Of a stretch of DNA of 64,000 nucleotides, positions 7,305-14,751 are shown one piece after another. The translations under genes and the position numbers were made by a program. The notes below the pieces were generated by a model. The model saw only the letters and a list, made by a program, of their open reading frames with translations, was not told the DNA's origin and did no database searches. How positions within the stretch are numbered: position 1 is the stretch's first letter; each line of letters opens with the position of its first letter. This DNA comes from Candidatus Latescibacterota bacterium. Lineage in GTDB: Bacteria; Latescibacterota; UBA2968. Where the stretch lies: the NCBI GenBank assembly GCA_047619225.1, contig JBLHJX010000003.1:4294-68293 (forward strand), in the 5' to 3' direction.

Positions 7305-8567
7305 ATGAGCGAACGGATTGTTGCAAAATATCTCATGGAGACGGCCTTCCCTATAGAACAGGCAGCAGATGTTGTTGGGGGTGAACAATCTTCGGGTACG
7401 TTTGTGCAAGTGCCTGGTGAAACAGCTGATTTGCGTGAGCGGTTTCGGGCACGGGTTGAAGAGATTAAAGTGTTAGAGACGGTGTCGGAACCGAGTTTAC
7501 CTGGCGGGGCTGTGCCGAAAACGGGTGGGACTGAATACACACGTGCCGAAGTGACCTTGTCTTTTTCACTTGAAAATATGGGTGTGAACTTGCCCACTCT
7601 GATTGCCACGGTAGCTGGCAACTTGTTTGAGCTTCGCGATGTATCAGGTCTAAAGTTGTTAGATTTTGATGTGCCGCAAGCTTTTGCAGAGCGATATGTG
7701 GGACCCCAGTTTGGCATTGCAGGCACACGCAAACTTGCGGGGGTATTTGATCGCCCGATTATTGGCACGATTATCAAGCCGAGTGTGGGGTTAACACCCC
7801 AGGCGACAGCGGATGTGACAGGAGACTTGGCTGAGGCGGGGATTGATTTTATTAAAGACGATGAATTGATGGCCGACCCACCCCATTCGCCCTTAAAAGA
7901 GCGTGTGGAAAAGGTGATGGCGGTGATTAATAAGGCGGCGGATCGCACAGGGAAGAAGGTGATGTTTGCGTTTAATATTACCGATGAGTTGGACGCGATG
8001 CTTAGGCACCACGATACGGTTTTAGACGCGGGTGGCACTTGTGTGATGGTGAGTTTGAACAGTGTCGGATCGATGGGCGTTGCGCATTTGCGCAAGCATT
8101 GTCAGTTGCCCATTCATGGGCATCGCAATGGGTGGGGTATGTTGACACGGCATCCGATGTTGGGGATTGGGTTTTCGGCCTATCAGAAGATTTGGCGATT
8201 GGCTGGGGTGGATCATATTCATGTGAATGGCTTGCGTAATAAATTTTGGGAGCCTGACGATTCGGTGGTGCGATCTATTGAGGCATGTTTTAAACCTTTC
8301 TTAGGAGGGTATGACATCATGCCTGTGATTTCCTCTGGGCAGTGGGGCGGGCAAGCACCCGATACTTATAAACGTGTGGGGCGTGTGGATGTGATGCATT
8401 TGGCTGGCGGTGGCATTATGGCACATCCGGGTGGCCCTGCATCGGGCATGAAGGCAATGAGCCAAGCTTGGGAGGCAGCTGTACAGGGTATTGATTTAGA
8501 AACCTATGCAACGGATCATATAGAACTGCAACAAGCGATTGAAAAATTTGGAAATATGAACCGATAG
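7305..8567 (+). CDS. RuBisCO large-subunit-like protein (form IV RLP)
   Basis: Motifs seen: EQSSGTF, AGNLFE, GTIIKPSVGL, DFIKDDE, IHGHRNG, HIHVNGLRNK, PVISSGQWGG and LAGGGIMAHPGG, colinear with RuBisCO large-subunit active-site segments. The length of 420 aa is typical of RLPs. No small-subunit or phosphoribulokinase gene is nearby. The start was moved to ATG 7305 (AAGGGTGG upstream). Confidence 0.9.
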   Translation: MSERIVAKYLMETAFPIEQAADVVGGEQSSGTFVQVPGETADLRERFRARVEEIKVLETVSEPSLPGGAVPKTGGTEYTRAEVTLSFSLENMGVNLPTLIATVAGNLFELRDVSGLKLLDFDVPQAFAERYVGPQFGIAGTRKLAGVFDRPIIGTIIKPSVGLTPQATADVTGDLAEAGIDFIKDDELMADPPHSPLKERVEKVMAVINKAADRTGKKVMFAFNITDELDAMLRHHDTVLDAGGTCVMVSLNSVGSMGVAHLRKHCQLPIHGHRNGWGMLTRHPMLGIGFSAYQKIWRLAGVDHIHVNGLRNKFWEPDDSVVRSIEACFKPFLGGYDIMPVISSGQWGGQAPDTYKRVGRVDVMHLAGGGIMAHPGGPASGMKAMSQAWEAAVQGIDLETYATDHIELQQAIEKFGNMNR

Positions 8568-8597
8568 ATGTAGGTGCCTTTGGGTGATTGGGTTGGG

Positions 8598-8671
8598 AGT
8601 CCGTTTTAACGGACTGGGTGCATTTGTAGCATTGGGATTTATCCCAATGGCCTTTGTCGCGTGGGATTTAT
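8598..8671. promoter_or_regulatory. Cluster of short hairpins and a direct repeat between the RLP and GH140-like genes
   Basis: AGTCCGTT-tt-AACGGACT lies at 8598-8615. CATTGGGAT-tt-ATCCCAATG lies at 8630-8649. The decamer TGGGATTTAT occurs twice (8632-8641 and 8662-8671). No T-tract follows, so this is not a canonical terminator. Confidence 0.25.
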
Positions 8672-8701
8672 TCCGATCAATTGAATATCAGGAGAAAATG
8701 A

Positions 8702-10306
8702 ATGGCTGAAACCGAAGACTATAATGGCGGTGCTTCCGATGTGAGCAAGTGGGGACGTATTGAGATTACGTTTGAGAGTTCGGAAGTGTACCAAAACCCG
8801 ATACAAGAAGTGGCTTTGCAGGTGCTTTTTACATCGCCCTCAGGTGCCGCAACGCATGTGATGGGGTTTTGGGATGGAAGCACGCGTTTTCGGGCACGGT
8901 TTAGCCCCGAAGAAGAAGGGGTGTGGTCGTATGTAACGTTTTGTTCGGATATGGATAATGGGGGTTTACACAATCGAGAAGGTGACTTTATGTGTGGCCC
9001 AGCCGATACCATTACTGTGTTTGATGAACATGGTCCCATCCGTTTGTCTGGCGATCGCAGTCATTTTATACACGCCGATACAACGCCCTTTTTTTGGCTG
9101 GCCGATACCGCTTGGAATGGTTGTTTGCATTCGAGTAAAGATGAGTGGCGTTATTATTTGAGCGAACGGGTGCGCCAAGGGTTTACGGCGGTGCAGTGGG
9201 TGGCCACGCCTTGGCGATCTGCGCCTGCGGATAGAGAGGGTGAGAAAGCTTTTGAGGGTGTGGAGAAGATTAAGCTCAATCCACGGTTTTTTCAGCGTTT
9301 GGATGAGTGGTTGGAAATGACTTATGACGTTGGTTTGCTCAATGCGCCCGTGATGTTGTGGACCCACACGGGCGGTGAAAATGCCGAGATGAATCCTGGT
9401 GTGGGTTTGGCTGAAGACCAATTGATTTTGTTGGCCGAATATATGGTGGCGCGTTGGGCCAGTTATCCTATCGTCTGGATTTTGGGCGGTGATGGCAATT
9501 ACACTGGCGAACTGGCCGAACGGTGGCATCGCATTGGTCATACCGTGTTTGGCAAAGGCGTACATGCACCGGTGGCGATGCATGTTCAGGGGCAACAGTT
9601 TCCTGTTGAAGAATTTCGCAACCAAAGTTGGATGGATATTTTGGGGTATCAAAGTGGGCACGGAGATGGGGATAAGACGTTGGAGTGGATTGTGAAGGGG
9701 CCGCCAGCAGAAGAGTGGAAAAAGAGCCCGCGTCAATTTTATATGAATATGGAACCGGCTTATGAAAATCATGTGGCCTATCAATCGAAGAAACCACACG
9801 ATGCGGCATCTGTGCGAATGGCAATTTATTGGAGTCTGCTCAATGCACCTACAGCAGGGGTAACGTATGGGGGGCATGGGGTGTGGGGGTGGGACAATGG
9901 CAGCGGCCCACCTATGGATCATCCAAACTCAGGTACGCCTTTACCGTGGCGAGATGCGTTGATTATGGAAGGTGCCGAGCAGATGCGGCATTTGCGAGAT
10001 GCTTTTGAAACCATCCATTGGTGGCGGTTGCGTCCTGCACCAGAGATTTTGGCCGAACAACCAGGTGAAGAAGATGTACACGCACATATTCTCATTTCAA
10101 AGGCAGAAGCCAATGATTGGGTTGTCGCCTATACACCCAAAGGCAAAGCTGTGAAAGTCAATATGTCGGGATTGAAGAAACGCTTGGGCGCGGTTTGGTA
10201 TAACCCACGCACGGGTGATCCCGAAGCAGCAGAGTCGCGTGTAGAGGGTGACGTTCGCATCTTCGAGACCCCCGACGAAGAGGATTGGTTATTGGTGATG
10301 GCGTAA
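8702..10306 (+). CDS. DUF5060 + DUF4038 (glycoside hydrolase family 140-like) protein, with no signal peptide
   Basis: The N-terminal segment WGRIEITFES...VMGFWDGSTRFRARFSPEEEGVWSY resembles DUF5060. PFFWLADTAWNG...GFTAVQWV resembles the DUF4038/GH140 catalytic domain. CAGGAG lies 7 nt upstream of the ATG. Confidence 0.7.
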   Translation: MAETEDYNGGASDVSKWGRIEITFESSEVYQNPIQEVALQVLFTSPSGAATHVMGFWDGSTRFRARFSPEEEGVWSYVTFCSDMDNGGLHNREGDFMCGPADTITVFDEHGPIRLSGDRSHFIHADTTPFFWLADTAWNGCLHSSKDEWRYYLSERVRQGFTAVQWVATPWRSAPADREGEKAFEGVEKIKLNPRFFQRLDEWLEMTYDVGLLNAPVMLWTHTGGENAEMNPGVGLAEDQLILLAEYMVARWASYPIVWILGGDGNYTGELAERWHRIGHTVFGKGVHAPVAMHVQGQQFPVEEFRNQSWMDILGYQSGHGDGDKTLEWIVKGPPAEEWKKSPRQFYMNMEPAYENHVAYQSKKPHDAASVRMAIYWSLLNAPTAGVTYGGHGVWGWDNGSGPPMDHPNSGTPLPWRDALIMEGAEQMRHLRDAFETIHWWRLRPAPEILAEQPGEEDVHAHILISKAEANDWVVAYTPKGKAVKVNMSGLKKRLGAVWYNPRTGDPEAAESRVEGDVRIFETPDEEDWLLVMA

Positions 10307-10321
10307 ATATATAAAAGCGAC

Positions 10322-10349
10322 ACGTTAGGACGTTAGAACGTTAGAACGT
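10322..10349. repeat. Tandem octamer repeat (ACGTTAGR, 3.5 copies)
   Basis: ACGTTAGG ACGTTAGA ACGTTAGA ACGT lies immediately upstream of the AGGAGG of the dehydrogenase gene. Confidence 0.8.
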
Positions 10350-10361
10350 ATAGGAGGCGTG

Positions 10362-11312
10362 ATGAACGTTGTGTATCTCGAACCCGTTCCCGAAGATGTC
10401 GAATCGATTGTTCGAGAATGTTTGCCAAGTGAGTTGTCATTGCGGGTGCTCAAGGTCGATGAAAAGCCCGAGGATGTTGTTGCCGATGCCGATTTTTTGT
10501 TGGTGGCAACTACAAAGGTGACACCGAGTGTGTTGGATGCGGCTCCAAAATTAAAACATATCCAACATCAAGGTGTGGGTTATAACAATATTGATTTAGA
10601 CGCGGCCCGAGCCAAGGGTGTGACGATTGGATTGACGCCTGAAGGGACGAGTATTCCCGTTGCAGAACATGTGTTCCTTTTGATCTTGAGTCTGTATCGC
10701 AAGCTCTTTGAAGCGCGTCAATCCTTGCGCGATGGCAAATGGTTGCAGTGGGAATTGCGTCCACATTCCTACGACTTGGTGGGCAAGACGGTTGGCATTG
10801 TGGGGTTGGGCCGTATCGGGCGTGAGTTGACCACACGCTTACGAGCTTTTGGTTGCGAGGTGTTTTATACCGATGCTGTTCGTGTGTCTGAAGCCGAAGA
10901 GTTGCACTTAGGCGCGGTGTTTACCGATTTGGATGACTTGTTGCAACGATCTGATATTGTGAGTTTGCACGTACCACTTTTGCCCGAAACTCGCAACTTG
11001 GTTGGCACACGTGAATTGGCGCTGATGAAGTCGAATGCTATTTTGATCAATGCCGCACGTGGCGGACTTATTGATGAGAAGGCTTTGGAAGTCGCCCTAA
11101 ATGAGGGCCAAATTTCAGGCGCAGGTTTGGATGTTTTTGAACAAGAACCACCACCCAAAGATCATCCTTTGTTGTTTATGGACAATGTGGTTGCGGTTCC
11201 CCACATTGCGGCGGGGACGCGAGATGCTTACGCGACCAAGATGCGTGCCGCTTTTGCCAATATGCAACGGGTCGCACGCGGGGAAGATCCGATCAATCAG
11301 GTTGAATTGTAA
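10362..11312 (+). CDS. D-isomer-specific 2-hydroxyacid dehydrogenase (glyoxylate/hydroxypyruvate reductase-like)
   Basis: It has the NAD motif VGIVGLGRIGRE, then NAARGGLIDE and PHIAAGT (catalytic His region). The start is ATG 10362 after AGGAGG. Confidence 0.85.
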   Translation: MNVVYLEPVPEDVESIVRECLPSELSLRVLKVDEKPEDVVADADFLLVATTKVTPSVLDAAPKLKHIQHQGVGYNNIDLDAARAKGVTIGLTPEGTSIPVAEHVFLLILSLYRKLFEARQSLRDGKWLQWELRPHSYDLVGKTVGIVGLGRIGRELTTRLRAFGCEVFYTDAVRVSEAEELHLGAVFTDLDDLLQRSDIVSLHVPLLPETRNLVGTRELALMKSNAILINAARGGLIDEKALEVALNEGQISGAGLDVFEQEPPPKDHPLLFMDNVVAVPHIAAGTRDAYATKMRAAFANMQRVARGEDPINQVEL

Positions 11313-11337
11313 CCCACGCGATCAGGGAGCTTTTACG

Positions 11338-12420
11338 ATGTTTAACGCCAATCATAAAGACGAATATCCCGATACCGGTTTGATCGATCAATATGCCTAT
11401 CCTCCAGCCGGACATGATATTGATCTGTGGAAACGCGCGGTTCCGGGTGCCGTGGGGTTGGACGCCGAGGTGATTTCAGAATTGGATGCTTGTGTGAAGG
11501 CAAATCCTGATAATAGCAAGCGGCGAGAACAGCGGTGGGCTTTGTGGCGGAATGGGTATTTGATTGATTCTGTGGGTGAGTTTCACGATCCGATTAATGT
11601 GGCTTCTTTGCGTAAGACATGGCACGCGATGATTTTGGGGGCGTCTATCCTCAATGGGAAAGTGTCGTCATATGATCAGAAAGTGAGCGAATGGCAGACC
11701 GATATGGAGGGCCATCATCGCGAAGCAACGTGGCGACACGTGATCACCCAGTCGGCGGGGTTGGATTATCCTTATGGTGATTATCCAGCCTTCAAGCCGG
11801 GTGAGATGTGGACGTATTCCGATTTGAATTTGGTGCACTTTTGTCATGCGATGGGCAAGGTGTATGGCAAGGCTGATTTTTATGACGATTATGCGGACGT
11901 GGCCAAGCAGGCTTATTTCGATGCGATTGGGATGCAAGGGTGGGATACGAAGATTGTGTTTGATTCGGGAAGTCAGATGGATGATGGGGTTCGGTTTGTG
12001 ATCGACCTGGATCATATGGGGCGGTTGGGGTTGCTGGCTTTGGCGCGCGGACGTTGGATGGGGCAACAGTTGGTGCCGCGTTGGTTTGTTGAGGAGTTGG
12101 AGACCAAGCAGACCGAGGGGATGCAGGTGAACTATGTGGGACCCAATGATGGGATTTGCCACTTAAACGACTATCCCAATGCATTTCCCGAATGTCCGTA
12201 TGGTTATTTGACGTGGACAAATTCAGCGGGTGAACATTGGTCCGATGCAGATCGGGGTTGGGCATTTGGTGCGGGGGCTGGGGGCACATACATTATGTGG
12301 AATTATCGGTTGGGCATTGTGTTTGCCGCTGTGTCGTTAGATCTTAAACCTTTGGAGCGAACCATTCCACAGATTATCGAATCTCATATTTTGGGTGATA
12401 ACCCATTGGTGGTATTGTGA
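11338..12420 (+). CDS. Beta-lactamase-fold serine hydrolase (esterase/lactonase-like)
   Basis: It carries SxxK (VASLRKTWHA) and YxN (YSDLN) motifs. The start was moved to ATG 11338 (GGGAG upstream). The track's 5' extension overlaps the previous gene. Confidence 0.55.
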   Translation: MFNANHKDEYPDTGLIDQYAYPPAGHDIDLWKRAVPGAVGLDAEVISELDACVKANPDNSKRREQRWALWRNGYLIDSVGEFHDPINVASLRKTWHAMILGASILNGKVSSYDQKVSEWQTDMEGHHREATWRHVITQSAGLDYPYGDYPAFKPGEMWTYSDLNLVHFCHAMGKVYGKADFYDDYADVAKQAYFDAIGMQGWDTKIVFDSGSQMDDGVRFVIDLDHMGRLGLLALARGRWMGQQLVPRWFVEELETKQTEGMQVNYVGPNDGICHLNDYPNAFPECPYGYLTWTNSAGEHWSDADRGWAFGAGAGGTYIMWNYRLGIVFAAVSLDLKPLERTIPQIIESHILGDNPLVVL

Positions 12421-13850
12421 TGTTTTCGGGTGATCAGGTGATTCCAAAAGCTGATTTGTTGGATGCGCTTCCGCCCGAATGGCCGGAGGATATATCTGCA
12501 GAGTTGCAGGCGCGCATTCAAACACGCCGTCGCAAGTTGGTGGTTTTAGATGATGATCCGACAGGTGCTCAGGCGTTGCACAGTGCGCCGGTGCTCACGC
12601 GTTGGACGGCAGATGTATTGCGGTCTGCATTGTTAAATGATGCGGCACTGTTTTTTATTGTGAGCAATACGCGCAGCCTGCCACAAGGTGAAGCGGTTGC
12701 GGTGACACGTGAGATTGTGACGGCTGTGGCAGAAGTGGCAGATGCGTGTGGTGTGGGTTTTGATGTGTTGGTGCGGGGAGACTCTACATTGCGTGGGCAT
12801 TATCCACACGAACTCAATGTGGTTCGCGAGGTTTTAGGCGAGCGCGGGCAACATTTTGATGGGGTGGTTTTGTGCCCGTTTTTCTTAGAAGGTGGACGAC
12901 TAACAGCTTTTGATGTGCAGTGGGTAGCCGATGGTGAGCTGTTGGTTCCGGCAGGGCAGACCGAATATGCACGAGACCGTACGTTTGGATATACACATTC
13001 CAATCTTCGCGATTGGGTGGCAGAGAAAACGGGTGGAGGTGTTTCGCGGGACGATGTTGTATCAGTGTCTCTGGATGTGATTCGCAAACAAGGCTCTGAA
13101 GGTGTTAGTGATGTGTTGATAAACGTGAATGAGGGGCAGCCTGTTGTTGTGAATGCGGTGAGTTATCGGGATATGGAAGTGTTTGTTACTGGTTTGTTGG
13201 ATGCCGAAGATGCGGGTAAGCGTTTTATGTTTCGCACGGCAGCGTCTTTTTTAAAGGTGCGAAGTGGCACGGCCGAGCGTGGTTTGTTGCGAGGTAATGA
13301 TTTTGGTGTGTTGGACGGGTGTGGCGGATTGGTGATTGTGGGTTCCTATATCCAAAAGAGCACGGCGCAATTGAATGCAGCATTGGCTGTTGCGGGTGTG
13401 GTAAGTGTCGAGTTGCAGGTTGCGCGGGTTTTGAATTTGGAAGATCGGGCAGATGAAATTGCACGCGTGAGAAGTGGTGTGGAACAAGCGCTTGAATCGG
13501 ATCAAAATGTGATTGTTTTTACGAGCCGCACGCAAGACTTGGTAGGTGATTTGGATGCGGGGAAACTGATTGGTTCTGCGTTGGTAGAGGTTGTCCGCCA
13601 ATTGTCGGTGCGGCCTCAGTATGTTATTGTGAAGGGTGGTAATACGGCTATCTCGGTTGTGCGGGATGGGTTGCAGACAGAGCAAGCTTGGGCATTGGGG
13701 CAAATTTTGCCGGGCGTGCCTGTGTGGCAATTGGGTGAGGAGAGCCGCTTGCCCAACGCGCCGTGTGTGGTTTTTCCGGGCAATGTGGGGCAGGAAAACA
13801 GTTTGGCTGAGACGATTTCAATTTTACGGGAGGCACGGGATGGCATATAA
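12420..13850 (+). CDS. Four-carbon acid-sugar kinase family protein (DUF1537), paralog 1
   Basis: VVLDDDPTGAQ is the family's N-terminal hallmark, and the C-terminal segment VKGGNTA is also present. The start overlaps the upstream stop (GTGATG). Confidence 0.8.
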   Translation: MFSGDQVIPKADLLDALPPEWPEDISAELQARIQTRRRKLVVLDDDPTGAQALHSAPVLTRWTADVLRSALLNDAALFFIVSNTRSLPQGEAVAVTREIVTAVAEVADACGVGFDVLVRGDSTLRGHYPHELNVVREVLGERGQHFDGVVLCPFFLEGGRLTAFDVQWVADGELLVPAGQTEYARDRTFGYTHSNLRDWVAEKTGGGVSRDDVVSVSLDVIRKQGSEGVSDVLINVNEGQPVVVNAVSYRDMEVFVTGLLDAEDAGKRFMFRTAASFLKVRSGTAERGLLRGNDFGVLDGCGGLVIVGSYIQKSTAQLNAALAVAGVVSVELQVARVLNLEDRADEIARVRSGVEQALESDQNVIVFTSRTQDLVGDLDAGKLIGSALVEVVRQLSVRPQYVIVKGGNTAISVVRDGLQTEQAWALGQILPGVPVWQLGEESRLPNAPCVVFPGNVGQENSLAETISILREARDGI

Positions 13851-14673
13851 AACACATTCGATAAGCTACGAATTGCTGAATCAAAAAGGACACGAACCTG
13901 GGCCCGGTCGTGAAATTGAGGTGCATGCCTCGATTGAAGAACTTGAACAATTGGGCCATGAAGGTTATTTGGTTAGAGAAGAATTGTTCCAAGGTGAGGC
14001 CTTGGGCAAGTTACAAGATGCTTTGGATCGTTTAGAAGAAAACGAAAGTGCGCGATTTAAGGAGAACCCATCACAAGAGCGATCTTGGGGAAACATTCCC
14101 CGTCATTTGATGGACAAAGATTCCGTGTTCTTGGATCTGTTAAAGTTTCAACCGGTTTTGTCTGTGGCACGCGCGATGATGGGACCTTTGGTGCGTTTGC
14201 GCGGGTTGAGCGCACGCATCAGTTATCCGGGGCCCGTGCGACACGAGACACCTTGGCATCAGCATTTGCGTGTGGTGTCCAACCCTTTGCCGCCGTGGTT
14301 TTCTCGTCCACACGGATTGGACGCGTTGATTTATCTGGATGATTTAAATGAAAAGACGGGCGCTGTTGCCATTGTACCTCAGTCTCATAATTGGTTGGAC
14401 AGAGAACCGTCCGGTACTTATGAACGTGTTGAGGGCGAACTGGAAGTGTGCGTAAAGGCTGGCGGCGTTGTGATGATCCATTCAAATCTTTGGCATCGAG
14501 GTTTGCCCACACTGGGTGCCAAACGCCGCATGCTCATTTTAAGCTTTACGCCCACGTGGTTGCGTCGCTCACCTCATGGCGGTGCACCACCTGAGAATGG
14601 TTTAACCCAAGCGGTCTTAGATGGTAATGATGAAGAAGCTCGGATTTTATTGGGCAAGGGTGGATATACATAG
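13840..14673 (+). CDS. Phytanoyl-CoA dioxygenase (PhyH) family Fe(II)/2-oxoglutarate oxygenase, atypical metal motif
   Basis: PhyH-like segments are present (IVPQSHNW, IHSNLWHRGLP), but WHQH replaces the usual WHxD. ATG 13840 follows GGGAGG and overlaps the kinase gene by 11 nt. Confidence 0.7.
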   Translation: MAYKTHSISYELLNQKGHEPGPGREIEVHASIEELEQLGHEGYLVREELFQGEALGKLQDALDRLEENESARFKENPSQERSWGNIPRHLMDKDSVFLDLLKFQPVLSVARAMMGPLVRLRGLSARISYPGPVRHETPWHQHLRVVSNPLPPWFSRPHGLDALIYLDDLNEKTGAVAIVPQSHNWLDREPSGTYERVEGELEVCVKAGGVVMIHSNLWHRGLPTLGAKRRMLILSFTPTWLRRSPHGGAPPENGLTQAVLDGNDEEARILLGKGGYT

Positions 14674-14751
14674 GCAAGTTTTTTTATTCAAATGCCCATC
14701 ATAGAAGTAGGATTCCCAAGTCATATTATCAATAAGCAAAAGGAGCAGTTC

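Noticed and set aside
7305-8567. The possibility that this is a bona fide CO2-fixing RuBisCO.
   Set aside because: The second lysine of the KPK motif is replaced (KPS). The length of 420 aa is RLP-like. No small-subunit, phosphoribulokinase, CbbX/Q/O or carboxysome genes are nearby, and the neighbours are sugar-acid enzymes. Confirmation still needs a phylogeny.
13636-13839. The N-terminal extensions given by the ORF track, here for the PhyH gene and likewise at 11101, 14692, 16712, 20301, 22221, 36731-37630, 40536-41765, 46864, 48159, 49376, 51024, 51928 and 55967.
   Set aside because: The extensions overlap the preceding gene or encode low-complexity sequence. In each case an internal start with an SD yields a family-typical N-terminus.
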